Source: Utricularia gibba (lineage: Eukaryota > Plantae > Magnoliophyta). From it: a stretch of DNA of 64,000 nt. Both the position numbers and the translations under genes were made by a program. The stretch spans positions 2,666,001 to 2,730,000 of the forward strand of contig NEEC01000012.1 of the NCBI GenBank assembly GCA_002189035.1, given 5' to 3'. Positions 29,411-43,304 of the stretch are shown here, one piece after another (the stretch's first letter is position 1; each line of letters opens with the position of its first letter). The notes beneath the pieces are model-generated. The model was not told the origin of the DNA, did not search any database, and saw only the letters and a program-made list of their open reading frames with translations.

Positions 29411-29961
29411 CTAGTCGTAAAGCCCCTCGTCGTCCCATATATCGGCTAAGAAGTCTACCATCTCCTGCAAAAAAAGAACAAAAAAAGAAGCACTTCAGCT
29501 GTGTGTATGACCAAAGAAAGAAACGGGTTTATCTTACAGGTAAAGGGATTCGCTGTGGGAAAGGATGGGTGTCTGAGAGAAGATCATCGTACGTCATCGA
29601 CCAGCTGAAAGGGGTCACTGATCAATCAGCATAACATGAAATGCTGGTAAATTGTAACAGGCTTGAATCGGGCTTCTGTCTGAAACTTGCCTTATGATTG
29701 GTTCCTTAGGAATTCTCTGTGATCTCTGTGTTCGATTACCGACCCATCTCCGTCTGCTCTCTTCCCATGCCACTGCAGCTGCATAGAAAATCTCTACCAT
29801 GATATAGGCCTAATAAAATACCAAGCGATGTATAGAACCATACCGTGGTTGATAAACAAAGAGTTGCTTGCGTTCGTTTCTGCCTCTTTGCTCTGTTTGC
29901 TCGCTGCCACAGCGGGCCATTTCTGGGTGCACTGAAAGGTTCTATTACTAACATCCGTCAT
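29411..29961 (-). CDS. Small DUF4050-family protein; 4 coding exons traced, an upstream coding exon is possible
   Basis: Spliced translation ...SLFINH|AAVAWEESRRRWVG...KEPII|SWSMTYDDLLSDTHPFPQRIPLP|EMVDFLADIWDDEGLYD*; TATA-like motif at about 30746-30752 and G-box at 30835-30840 suggest a long 5' UTR. Confidence 0.85.
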
Positions 29962-31602
29962 TTCATTCACCAGCAAGCATCCCACCAGCTTAGACGGCCC
30001 TGTGAAGTGGCGTTGGGATAATCAAGCTTACAATTACAAGGCTCGTAGCCTTCATGAAAGTAAAACAAAAGGATCATCCTGGGGAATAATTTCAAATAAG
30101 AAAGAAAAGCATACACGACATCAAACGCAATAATCTGTAAATAGTCATTGCGGGGCAATGTTTACTCAACCGGGATGAGTAGAAAGACGCCCAGTAAAAC
30201 TAGAAGAAGGCATTCTAAAGAGCCATTCATTAGCATTCCCAGTTATCTTCTTTTCAATGGCTAGTTCTGGGATCAACCACAACAGAAAGCAGGGAACTTT
30301 TGGAGGAAAACCGAAACTCGGGTAGCGAATTGGTGAAAGCCTTCAAATACAACAATGAGATCACTAAGAAAAACCCAAAAGCCAGAGCAAATTCGTATCG
30401 TCAAGTGAAATTCAATGCACCACATTCATTGGATTCAAGTACAAGTTCATAAACTCGCCCATCTTCAGTCTAAACACCCGAAGTTCCAGAAAGGGGAATG
30501 CCAAATTCCAACCAACTACACCTTTTTTCTCGTAATCACAATCCTCAGCGTTGCAATACAAAAGTTGTAATCGCAGGTGAAACCCGTAGTGAAAAAGAAA
30601 GTACAATACCAAAGAATACCGTATACATCAAATTAAAGAAACCAAAAGCAGGAAAAAAGGTAATAGTGAAGAAAATGCATACCTCTTTAATGGTGGGCGC
30701 CCCCAGAAGCCGAAAAGAGAGGAAAAGCCAGTGGGCGAGAGGGGTTTATATAGAAAGAGGGAAAGAACGGAAAATCAACGAAAGGGTACAAGTCAAAATC
30801 GTACCTTTGCTGGGAGGTGAAATGGATCCATCACCACGTGCGACGCCTAATTTTCCGCCGTTAAACGTCGTCGGTTATTGCTCCAGGCATAGGCTCGCTG
30901 GCCACAAGAAGCTGAAAGGGAAGCCCCCACCTTCATAAATATCTGTACGGTATCTCTCCCGAGAAATACCAAACAAAATATCTGTATCTCTTTACAGAAA
31001 TTTGCCCATCCAATCGGATACATTGCAGTCAGAAAGTTCTCTCTTTCAGCAGATTCGTAGTTTCAAAGATAGAGCAGAATCAGGACAAAACTGAAAGAAC
31101 AACACGAAAGGGATGGTGCTTGAGGGACTCCTCGATTCCAATGGGCGATTCATTCAAGGGGCCATAAGCAGAAATATTTTTAGCCAAAAAAATAACGTAA
31201 CCAGAGCACAGCATCAGTCCCTCGCTTCTTCGACGTTCCCAAGCTCGACAACTCCGGTGGGTCTGGGGATCGTCAATTTTTCCCGACATGCAGCCAAACT
31301 GGGCATATCACCCTTGACATTTCAAGGCGCACTTCATATTCGTTTGATGTTCTTCCTCATGGTGCTTTTTGGGACCTCTCACTGTTCTGTTCTAATCAGA
31401 TACCGATAACAGTAAACCAAAAAACCTAGTCTTTGGCATCTGGATAAGTGAGAATGTTAAGATGGTGCATACATCAAGGGCATTAACACGTTGAAAAAAA
31501 AAGTCGTTTTCGAAAAAATGCGTCTGAAAAAGACAAAAAAAAAAGAAATTTAGGGAGGGAATGAATGAAATGGGAAGTTTCAACCCTAAACGCCCGCCCA
31601 AA

Positions 31603-32565
31603 TCAGATGGTAATGATGTTGCCCATTGGAATCTCAGTGTAGTCGACGACGGCGTCGCTCTCCGCCGCCAATTCGCCTAACCTCACCAGACTTCCGGCAG
31701 CCAAAATGGCCTTTGGATTGAGGTCATGCATCGCCCTCTCGTAGAGACATCGGCAGGCAGAAAGCGCCGCCGTGGAGAGCTCCTCGTTTTTCGCCGGCCC
31801 CATCAAACAGTGCCCTAGGATTCGAAAAACAGGCTGCATCAGCTCCCATGGAAGAAGGATTTTCCCCTTGTCGCTCGTTTCCCCACACCGAAACATGCAA
31901 AACTCGCACAATTCCAATTTCGATCCGTCTGGAATGTCGGAAATCTTGCTGTAGTACAGTTCCAGGGCGACGCCGACGATTCTCGCCCGCCGCGTCGCTC
32001 GGACGGTGCCGTAGGGTTCCAGGCTGGGGGAAATCACGCCGAGATGGAGCTCCGTGGAACATTTTTTGGCCGTCTGCTTTGTCTCGTGGTAGATGCTGGA
32101 ATGGGCGAGGTCAGGGATGCTGATCGTAATGGCCTGGCCGTTACGGGATGCGGTTTCGTAGGCGTATATGGCCAGAAAAACGGATTCGAATCCTGCGAGG
32201 GGCTTGTTCAGGGAGGCGCGTGCGAGGTAGACGCCAGCGAGAACAGGGACGAATCGGAGGACGACGAGGTGCAGATCTGGTTCAGAGGATTGAAAGGTGT
32301 CGTAGAGCCAGGCGCAGAGGTTATCATTAGCGGCGCCTGAATCTGGACGGCGCAGGAGATCGGAGATCTGGGCGGCGACGTCGGGGTCGCAGAGGAGAGA
32401 CGCGGCCGGCGTCTCGGACGTGGAGAGATACGGCGGTTGAGAAGGGAGAATGGCCGCCAGGGCTTCGATGGCGAGGTGCGCTTTGGTGTACGAATCCGAC
32501 CATTTTATGTGGGGCTTCTGCTGATCGGATGCTTTTTCTGGCGACCGCGCTTCGGTTTCCGTCAT
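31603..32565 (-). CDS. Hyccin/FAM126-family protein (PI4-kinase complex subunit homologue), intronless
   Basis: 320-aa ORF with DNLCAWLYDTFQS, VVLRFVPVLAGVYL, AGFESVFLAIY, RARIVGVALELYY, LPWELMQPVFRILGHCL. Confidence 0.88.
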   Translation of the reverse strand: MTETEARSPEKASDQQKPHIKWSDSYTKAHLAIEALAAILPSQPPYLSTSETPAASLLCDPDVAAQISDLLRRPDSGAANDNLCAWLYDTFQSSEPDLHLVVLRFVPVLAGVYLARASLNKPLAGFESVFLAIYAYETASRNGQAITISIPDLAHSSIYHETKQTAKKCSTELHLGVISPSLEPYGTVRATRRARIVGVALELYYSKISDIPDGSKLELCEFCMFRCGETSDKGKILLPWELMQPVFRILGHCLMGPAKNEELSTAALSACRCLYERAMHDLNPKAILAAGSLVRLGELAAESDAVVDYTEIPMGNIITI

Positions 32566-32715
32566 CTTTTAAATCCCAATGCACCTGTGCTCCGTACAAT
32601 CAACCCAACAACCAACAAAGATGCAACTTTAGATAGAGAAAAGGGAGGAAAATAGGAGAATTTCCGTATTTCCCATTAATAATAATAATAATTAATGCAA
32701 ACTATTTCCTGTTGA

Positions 32716-35700
32716 TCACAACTTGCTGCCTCTGGAGATGAATATTTCACCATACGGCACCGTTTGTTCCAGCTTTATGGCCCCCCGTGTAGCAAGAACT
32801 GTAACATGGAAGCATTTCAAGAGCAATGCATCAGGTCCAGCTTCAAGAGATGAATGGATTGCAAGAATGTGTACCAACCACAGGTATGATAGAAAAGGCG
32901 CGCGGCTTGCTTTCTGTTCATTCCCGAAGACAATTGTTCCAGGGATTCTTCCTTGGCAGATCCCGGGGTGTCAAAATGAGCCTTCAAGTGCCTGCACTCG
33001 AAAACTTGATTCAAAATCCAAGCCTGAGATGGTTAATTAACAAGTAGGATGATTCATACATTCGTATCGACTCAGTTATGTTGTCGAGTGGCTGGTTGGA
33101 TGCTTGTTTCTTTGCCTGTGTTGGCGCAGTTTCCATGAGAAGGCCTGGGGAATGAAGATTTATCTGGTGAGTGACTGTCCTAAGTGGAGTGTTAGCAATG
33201 CGGTACCAGTTGTTACCGGAATTTGGCTCGTGTTCAAATAGCCCTTCTCCCGCCAAATGGAAGCTTGGATCAGGATGGTGCCAAGTAAGCTCTTCTGCCA
33301 CTGGTTGAAGGCCATTTGCACTGTTAATGGAGGCAGAATATGTTCTTTTCCTGCCGGACCTGAATCATTCCATGCAAGCACAGTCATCATGCAACACTTA
33401 GGAAGGACTGACTACCAGGATGCATCATTTATAGCCTATACTGACTGACCGTCCTGAATTGGCATCTGAATTGTGTGAGAAGAAATCATGACCCTGTCCC
33501 GAGCTTGGAATGGACCGAATTTCATCACCTAAATGCCCACATGAAAAGCATCATGAGGAATAGAAGATTTACAGGGGCAACTCAGATGAGAAAGTATCTA
33601 CCAGAATTTGCAGGTGTAGTCATCAGATTATAGGTGGATGCATTAATCCCATTGGCAACCTTTAATCCAGATGCAATGTATTCAAGGCTGCTCCGAAGCT
33701 CGTCCATGACTATGTCTGGAGGCATCTCATGGTTGTGGGCATTAGCTCTTTGCTTCTCAATAGAAATTACCTACATCACAGGAGGTCATGAATCTTCTTT
33801 CATAATGTGTATCTAATCATTTGTTTTCCCTAGTTTCTGAAGAAGGGAAATCCATAAATCGGGTGTATCAAAACTTTGGTCTGACATTCACTTTAACATG
33901 AAGTATTTGAAACAGCTGGACAACTGAACTCTTGAGACAGAGTACATCATCTTCCCTTAACAAAAATCTACGAAAAAGTAGTGGTGACTTACATCTGCTA
34001 TTGGTCCCGGAAAATGAGTTCTTTCGGCTAGAGATAGAGAAGATGTCTCCAGATGCACCGGATTAGTAGCTCCTGCTGCTTGAAAACGGACAGAAGTTTG
34101 ACTTTGTTTCCGAAAGCGTTTCAAGAAAACATAGAAAACAGAACCTGACCAGAGGTTGAATCATCTGAATCTTGAGAATTTCTCACCCACAAATCCACAA
34201 GGGGGCAGGGTAATGCACTTGTCTGTTTGTAACATCAACTAAATTTTGCACTATCGCTAGAGCCGGCAGTTTCATGAGAATGTCAATCTTCAGGGTACGA
34301 AATTGATGCATAGACCTCTGTACATAAATCTGTTGTCATTCATCGTTTAAGCTAATTCAAAGTTTCAGAAACTGAACAGTCTTTTAATATTCTTGCTAGC
34401 AAAAGAATACCAGAATTTCAAATGGAGCCTAACGAAATTACCTTCCTCTTTCTTCCTCTTCTTGAACATAGGTCAGAGGGGTCCTGTAGCCAAGATTGAA
34501 ATATATGACCAGGAATTATATTTTGGTCATAATCCATCACAGTTGTTCTTCGACCTGTACTCCTCTTCTTAGCAAACGCTGCTCCCTTTTGACCCTGTAC
34601 TGCCGGAAGTATGATTGACAGCAAGTAAAGCAATAGTATATTGACACAACACACTGATTGTACTTGAATAATTTTATTACCCCTCTAGCTTCGCTTCTTT
34701 CATGAAACTTCAGCTCTATCCGCTCCTGGGAATTCACATGGTGGAGCTTACAAGCTGCAGAGTCCCAGAGATGAAGTTGAGTCAATGTCTTCGTACGCTA
34801 CTTGAATGATACATTATATTGAACAAAGCAAGTGACTTTCACATTATGTAAAAAAAAAAAAGTCAACTAGGATGACAATGTTATTTCAGCTTGGAAACGA
34901 AGAATCTATTAAATTATGAAAAGAAGAATATGCAATGAAAAAACGATATTGAATATTTCATTATCAGGATTCACGATTGCAATTCTCCAGCAAGCTTTCA
35001 ACTTCTAGTGTGATATAATCTACCTGAAGCAAGCAGCTTGGCAATATGCGAATATGATAGCCAGGAGATGCATATGCATTCAAATGTTCTGCAATTACGA
35101 GCTTTGCAAAAATTCTCACTCACATTTCTTAGGCTCCTTTAGGTAAGGTGGTGATGGAATGAGACTACTTGAAACAAGGTGCACTGCAGAAGCAAGATTT
35201 TGTTCTGTTTCATCATCCACTTCGATATCAAATCTGCCACAAATGGTCCAGAATAGCTTGGATAAAACCTCAACATTGTTTCAGGTTTGGATGCTTGGTT
35301 GTGCAAGTTTCGACACAGAGGTTACCATAGAATTATTTACAAAAGTTGTATCATTTAACCTTTCAAACCGATCGAATGGAGTTGCATCATGTTCAAACAG
35401 GTCATCATTGCATAGCGTGATATTAGCAGCATCAGCTGCAAATGTTTATTCATAACCAGGTAAAAGAATGAAAAACAAATGACAAGATCGAGACCAAAAA
35501 TACCTTGATGGTAGTCCTGGTTTAGATCTTCATGCGGATTTTCATTCAGACAAGGGTCCCCAATAGCATCCAACTTCTGTAGGCAAGCAAAATCTGATTA
35601 GCGCAGAAGCAGATACGTAAATATAGATAACACGATAGTCCAAGCGCATCTTAGAGTCCTGGAAAGTACAAATAGGTTTTCTGTAACAGCATGGATTTGC

Positions 35701-36914
35701 ACTCAAAGTATCAATACCATGGAAATGTAGGTATCTCGCTGAAATTCCATGATAGTGGCTCCATCAGAATGCAGTACAGAGTGCTGATTCACCCCAAGTT
35801 CTTCGTCAGAATGCGGTGCAAATGTGACAGACGCATCTCTAAATAAGAAAATGAAGAAAAAAAATTAGATCCATGAGTGTGTTTTCCTGAAAGAATATTT
35901 GTGATTATTTCAAATGATACCCTGCATAGAAACACTAGAATACAACTCACTTGGTTTGAGGTTTCCTCCTGGGAGCAGATTTGACTTGCCATGCTGTGTT
36001 TATTTCTACCTGAAGAAGACAGCATGGAAAACATACGCAGTTTTCAGACACCACCAGCCATTCCTCATGTCAAAGAATCAAATCACTCGAGAACACGGCC
36101 ACAATGGAAATACATAAGTTGAAGAACAACTCCTCTACTTCCAGTGACCCTCTTACCAGCAAACGGGTGACATCATCTGTGTTAGGTAACAGCACATCAT
36201 GAAAACAAAAGGATAATTGAGATTCCATCTGAAACAATTAGAATGGCTAACACAAACTGCAATGAACGACGAGGAAATTGAATCCTACCATAAAGAAGTT
36301 TCACCTTCCTTTCATATACAATTACAACTCCACCTGAAGGACATAGTATGGGAAACGATAACTCTTAAAGTAGTATTACATTGCAGTTAATCCAACAAAT
36401 GAAAGCGAATGAATACCCATGAGAATTGACGAAAGACGGAGAGCCATGGGGACTGAAGGATTCAAAATCTCTTCGCTGTTCATAATCAAATCAACGGATA
36501 TAAGCAGAGCATAGATTGTAAAACAAGATAGCTGGTGTCAGATCCTTACCATATCTTGATTATGTTAAGCTTGTCCAACTTTCTCCGGTGGATCTTCGCA
36601 TGTAATGTCGCTGCCATCCTTCAAGTCACAGAATCTTATCGGTTCCATTTCAAATCAGTCCAAAACAAGTGCAAACACATTTTAAGCTAAACCAATCCAC
36701 ATTAGATTCAAGAACCCATGCATCATGAATTTCAAGCCACCACTCACACGCAGAACACACGAAGAAGCAGAAGAAAACACTTGCAGTTTCGTTTTCGCCT
36801 ACATCGAGATCACGAAAATGGATGTAGATGTTGAAAGAAACGCGAAACAAAAAAATCTGACCATATCTGCCCAAGCGCAGCTTTGCGCGCAAGCAACTGG
36901 TGTGAGTAAAACAT
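32716..36914 (-). CDS. REC8: Meiotic cohesin kleisin REC8/SYN1, many short exons
   Basis: MFYSHQLLARKAALGQI|WMAATLHAKIHRRKLDKLNIIKI N-terminus; C-terminal GMNRKQAARLFY..VLATRGAIKLEQTVPYGEIFISRG. Confidence 0.94.
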
Positions 36915-37526
36915 CGTGATCCGGCGGTTGATGCGAGAAACCTGAAGCGAATTTCAGCGAGAGGCCACGAACAATGACGCTCTCCTCTTCGTATATGGAG
37001 ATGGCGGAGCGATTACCCGCCAAAGTGCACATGTTTTACTTGGAGCAGAGAAATGCGGAAAGTGTGTTCTGCTCTGCTGCCGAGTGCCGCCTTCTGCTCC
37101 CACAACCGTTTTTTGTTTTTGAAAAACAAATAAAAAATAAAAAAAGGAGAAATTTGTCAGTTTTACAGGCCATTTTTTTTAATAAAATATATATCTTTTT
37201 ATTATTCCCGATGTTAAATATATGTTTAACAATTACTCGAGATTTCACACTTCAGCCTTCACTAGCGGCATCTTTTTAATTTTATTTTTGTATTTCACAT
37301 TTTTAGGGACAGTTTGAAAATATTTTATCAAATTTGGTAAGGAAAACAGACGTCCTGTTGCAGTTCAGAGGATCGGAAACAGAACTGTCCGATTTTCTTC
37401 TCCGTTTGGATCTGCCCAACACAAGCCAGCGCCGATGTCAGTGGTGATATCCGGACCGTGCTCTTTCTTGTTCCGGGCCGGATGGAGTTAATCCGATGGT
37501 CATCCATCGATTTCTTTACAAATTCG

Positions 37527-40500
37527 TCAAAAATACGACGACAAATGCCTGTGCAGAGCAACCGTGGGGCGTTTTGGGCGCAGGGATCCATGTCGTCCCA
37601 AGAATCCCTCGATCAACCTGTACGGAATCCGAAATCTTTCAGTATATTTTTCAGTACCACATTCCCGATGAAGAAGATTCTGCATGCTCACTTACATGCT
37701 GCAAAGAGAGATCTGTGATGTAGCGAGCTCACGATCTGGGAAGCTGTCTTCCAGGTGAAAGCTCAGCCAGATGTATAGCTCGAGAACCTTGGGGGTTGGA
37801 AACAGGGCAAAAAATGTCAGCCAGTGTAGCTGGATTAACTGACAGGAGGTATGCTGCTGACCTTGTGAATTGATTCAACCTCCTTGAGAGCGTTGTGTGA
37901 TTTTGGAACCCTGAGTGTTCCGGGAGTGAAAATTTCCTTGAGCCGAACCATGCGGTGGTTCGAGAAACTCCGTGCAAACTAGATAGGGTTACGACAAGAG
38001 AAAGCATTCAGCAATTGGGAGGGGGTGGGTGATGTAGTGCAGATCCTACCTGAATGAGGCCCTGAGATGAGATGTCATCACCCATGTCAACAGGACTGCA
38101 AATGCGGTCATGCGTTAAGACTGATGATTTGACCCTTTTACAGTCATGGAAAATAAAGGTTCTTTTGCAGGATAACCAAGTACCTGATGGTGAAGAGATA
38201 CTTATACCTCAGGGTGAGAGGCAGCTCATCTATGACCACAGCAGCTTTCTGCGCGCACAGACTTGAAAATGTCAAAGACGAAAGTGCAAAGGGCGTGATC
38301 AAAGAGGATTGAAGATGGAATCCACAATCATATGCTAATGAGGAAACAAAAGCCTCCAAAACAAAAGGAGGGCCTGATAAGGTAATGTTGTAGGATAGAT
38401 AGTGCATGATTATTTACAAGTCACTGCATGTAATTAATTAGTCATAAGCACGGTTATGCTTAAACTGTTATAAGGCATACACCTCGGTGCATCCCAGGAA
38501 AAATAAATTGGCTTAATGCAGCGTACCAACATGTCCTTGCAATCAGCCAAGAAATAGTTATCGGACAACTTCGCATTCTCCACAAAGTGCTCCTGCAAAA
38601 ATGTGATAAAAGCAAGATCAAGAACTGACAACATGGAGAGGGAGTGTGTACGGAGGACGCAATACCAATATTTGAAGAAGGCTGTATTCTGGATGTATGC
38701 GGGAGTACATGTACAAAAGATCAAAGTGGGGGAAGATAGCGGCTTGCTACAAGATGCATCACAAGCACTCGTGTAAGATAATCAGGCTGGGAAGGCTGAT
38801 GAAACACTGAGAACAGTTCTATTACCTCTAGAGTAGGTGAGGGGGCACTCAGTGATGAGTGAAGCAAAGGTAAATCACTGGCATGTAAACAAGTCACTTC
38901 ACCATCAGGAAACTTTGATCTGTATCTCCCGGCTCTACCTACAGGAAAACAATTGACCACTCAAGTTTAAAGAATTTGAGAAAACTTTGAAGGACATACC
39001 ACCCTAAAAGAAAAAGCTGCAAGAGATATATACTACATGAGGGAATCTGACCAAATGGTTTCAGTTTGTTTATAATCCAACGGAACAAGAACATGGATGG
39101 ATGCTGAATTATAAACACGACATGTAAAGGTAAAAAAAAAAAGGCAGTGAAGTGAACAATCGAAAAAACTGGAGTGCCCATTGGCAAGGCAAAGTAGTTG
39201 TTCATTTGTCAATATACCAGCAATTTGCTTGATCTCAGAAACAGTTAGCTCCCGCCATTGCGTCCCATCAAATTTTTTCAGTGTTGAAAATATAACTCTG
39301 GATATATTGAGGTTGAGACCCATTCCAATCGCATCACTAGCTACGAGAACATCAAACTCGCTGCTTGCATCATTAAACATTGCAGCCTATAATTGTAAGG
39401 ACATGATTTTAGAAAACAATGATAAAGACAAATCATAACATTTTAGGGCAGTCAAAACATAACTATGATTACCTAAAAATGAAATCTAAGGATACTTAGG
39501 CAAAAGGTTGGTGACAAATACAGGGAAAAAATCTGTAGGTTACTTGAGGTATTGAAGCATTTGTCTTGCGAAGTACTAACAGATATGAAAGGTTAGAAAC
39601 CTGTCTGGTCCTAGTCTCTGGGGAAGAGATCCATAAACTACAGAACAGAGACGTTTCCCTCTTTTTTCAATATTCCTCTGTCAACAATATGAACTGCGAT
39701 GAATATAGGCAAGCCTAGCTCAATAATTTTCTAGATATGCAGCAATTAATAATGGATATTATGATATAGAAGATATAATTGCATTGTTTCTGGTGTCTCT
39801 AACAGTTACGTAGTCAGGGAAGATGAATGATTGAGGAGGGAAAGACACCATTTTTATTTGAAAATGCCATGAAGTCAAGCAGTTAAATTCATAGATTTTT
39901 GTAAGTACCTTTATGCCGTATATTTCTTTGCGTGAAAAGGAAACGATGCAGTCACCTGTCTGGATGTTGGAAAAAGATCCAAGCGGAACATTCAAAGGAA
40001 CAAGTGGTGAAAGCCTCTCATATTTTTGTACCTAATGGGCAATGAAAAATCTTAAAATGAAAAGCCCAATGAGAAACCTATGGATTTTCAAGATATTTTG
40101 AAATGTTCCTCAACACATGCATCCAAAAAGCAAGCCTTTGGTGAAATAGATTAAGAGATTTACTCTAATGGAATTTCCAAGCCATGGAATGGATTTCTAG
40201 AAAACTGCGTAGCTGTACTCAGTCTGAAACATCAATACCTCGACATCATCACCAGTTACTTCAAGTAATTTATGGATCAGAGGAACAGCCGCTGCATCAC
40301 CACATAAATGTAACTCATCAGCAGATATCCCCAGCAGAGCTCGTGTAAATGAATAACCCCTTGATTTACATGCCACCATCTAGGAAAACAGCACAAAGGA
40401 GAAAGAAACTCAAATCGTAGCAGCATAGCCATTACAGATTCCTGAAAGATTTGTAAATCATAAAACATATACCCCTCTATTCATTCAAACTCCATTCATT

Positions 40501-41976
40501 TAAAAGGTATAAAAATTCAACGAAGATAATTTTTCAGTAAAATATTCTTAGTTTTAAAAGGAGCAGATATAAGGGGTAAGTATGCCATCATGATAGAATT
40601 TTTTATTTTTTTTTTCAGAAGAGCACTATCTGGATGGAACCAGATTCTGCGGTATAACAGGGCTCCCAAAACTAGTTTCTCCAAACACAACCATGTTAAT
40701 TTCATTTTCATAGCCAAATATGCATCTAACAATAGTGTAAGTTTTTTTTAAAAAAAAATGCACATTTCCCGTTCTTGTTTGTTTCCTTCAGAAGAGCAAA
40801 GGATGGGTTGGCAATGGCTGTTAATTGAGACAAAAAGAATTGAAAAGATGATCTTGTCTTGTATGCGATTAACAACCAACAAACCTGAATTTCATCAACC
40901 ACCGCACAGCTGTAGTCAGATGTCACATCAGCCATTTCTACAGTGACAGCCTTATGCTTTGCACCCTCAACTATATGCTTTTCTTGTCCAGTAAGAAGAT
41001 CACAAGGCACATTAGCCCTATTTAAACGCTGAGCAATCTCCCATGCCAGAAGTCTTAATGGTCCACAATAGATACCTTGAGGTGATTATGAAAACAAATT
41101 CTTAATGAAGCTAATGAAAATGCACTTACTTGATTGTCGAAGCCACAGCGGAAATATGACTTATAATCCGTACCTGAAGAGGATGATTCCAATCGCTTCA
41201 GTGCTTGGTATGTCTTTCCACTATTAGTCGGCCCAACATGTAATATCACTTTTCTTTTTCGTCTTCTAGCCATGGGATACCATGTATGCGGACACCTGAA
41301 ACATTATTCATAAAATTTTTTGTAGTTGATATGCTTAACATAAAGAAAATCTGGCGGCACCTCAGTGTTATCCATCTTACGTGAGATCTGTGAAGTCAAT
41401 TTTATTCGCTTCAGTAGAAATGAATAGTTGCTGCAGGAATCGAGGGGCACAAAATGAACCAACAAACTTCAATCCCTCATGAGAATGATATAAACCTGTT
41501 TTCCTTAGTAGGAAAGCATGAACCATGATTAACCCGAAACCGAAAAGGTGATGCCTCTGGGAGACTATCTGGTTTGTCAAATCTCAGAACACCAACTTCG
41601 GGTTGTCGGTATCAGCCACTCTATTTGATCTTTCATTGATTTACCGCTGCATCGAAAAACCAATACTCAGTTCACATTACAAAAACAGGTATTCTTTTGT
41701 GAATGGCACGCATATATCCATTTTAATGGAACCATGATTCTTGGGTTCAAAGACATAACAAACAAACCTACGCGGAAGTTTAGTATCTTCTTTTGCTTAC
41801 CTTCAGATACCATCCATAGAGCTCCAACAAAAACCAATAGGCAGCATATCTCAAACTTCTCTGATTCGCTATACCCGATAATAAACTAAATGGGAGAAAA
41901 TTCGAAAAACAATAGGAGGAGATTCATACCCAGCAACAGGGAGCGGAAATCTCCTTCACCAAAATGAATAAGCCAT
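37527..41976 (-). CDS. SUV3: Mitochondrial SUV3-like DExH RNA helicase; 5' end uncertain and one apparent -1 frameshift
   Basis: [84 protein letters not shown]. Confidence 0.92.
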
Positions 41977-42339
41977 TTACTGGCGACGGATGCGGAATCG
42001 AGTTGAATTTAGAGAAGTATCTAATACGTTAGGTCAAAACTTCGAAAAGAATATCAAATTGAATTTAGAAGAATCGTTGTGCCACAGACGCCCGATTTCG
42101 CTGGAGACGAGAAGGTCCGCCGGCAATGGCGGATGTTCCCGGCACCGATACTAAAGAGAGTAACACGACTTTACAATTGAGTAATTTCTTCATTGTGATA
42201 TTAATTGCGTCAATTTGATATTTTTTTACTAAATAAATGAAAAAAAAAATTTACGACGAGAATTTTAATAATAATTAACATCGCCGTGGCAACCCTGGGA
42301 TCTTTTCCGACGGATTTCGGCGGCGGTCGGAGCTCCAAA

Positions 42340-43304
42340 TGTGGGGATTTCTACTGCGACAGTCGGCTTTGATGGTTATGGCTCTACAGATGAACATGAT
42401 CTCAAGCAGGTGGCATTATGCCTCTGTTCCAGATTCTGGGAGCAAATAATCTCATCGATGCTTCTCCTCTTCCGTTGAATATTTCCCCACACTGCAATTG
42501 TCAATGACCCTCAGAATCTCCTACTGGACACCAATGAAGAGCGTTGCGAGGTTCAACCTATTATCAATGAGAATCCACTTGTTTTTCCTGATATGTGAAT
42601 CCAGTACGTCAGCGAATTCTGATTCAGATTTGCTCCTTGATGAACCCTTCTTCGATTGCAATGACCTTCTGTGTGGTAGTGGATTTGCGGAAGATGATAA
42701 TGACTCACCTTGTAATTCCAAGGCTTTGAGCATGAATGATGAGTATCTGAAATTCTTGAATTTCACCAATGACAATGTCGAGAGCTGTGCATTTGATCAG
42801 CCTTTAGTTCCATTGGAAGATCACTCTACACCTGAGAATGTGCTTCTTCCTCCAGGGGGCTCCGAGTGTCAGAAAACCAAAAGATGGAAACAAAGAGAAT
42901 GTGCTTCTGTTCATGGTTCAGGTTGGTGCAACTGTGTCAAAATGCTGTTTGTTTCCTTAACACCCCGCAGCTGTTTGCCTCCATAAGCTAATCAGTCTGT
43001 AAGTTCATCTCATGTAGCAGCCGGCCTGATACAAATCAAGGATCAAACAGTGGTTGGCTATCAAAGAAACCATTTCGTGGGCAAGAAACAGAACCAAGAT
43101 CTCATTCTTTCATTCGAATTCTTCAGATGGAATGATGGATCTGCAACCATAGAATCCAATCTCGGTACACCCTGCAACGATGCTTGCAGCCATCTCCAGG
43201 TCCTCATTCTCCTTTTTTTGGTCTTGATTCTCTCCCTCAGCTTCAAACCAGGGATCTGCATTGCTGTCCAATACTATCCACAACTTTTTATAGAAGATAC
43301 CTGA
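42340..43304 (+). pseudogene. 5'-truncated remnant of a membrane-tethered NAC (NAC053/NAC078-like): acidic region and C-terminal TM only
   Basis: MNDEYLKFLNFTNDN, SSSHVAAGLIQI and LLFLVLILSLSFKPGICI resemble the NAC053/078 C-terminus; in-frame TAA at 42984-42986; no NAC domain upstream. Confidence 0.62.

Noticed and set aside
31080-31400. GC-richer block downstream of hyccin with short ORFs
   Set aside because: No protein or RNA family recognised; most simply 3' UTR or intergenic sequence.
42953-42970. TTCCTTAAC U12-type branch point followed by CAG
   Set aside because: No matching RTATCCTT donor upstream; it lies within a decayed exon.
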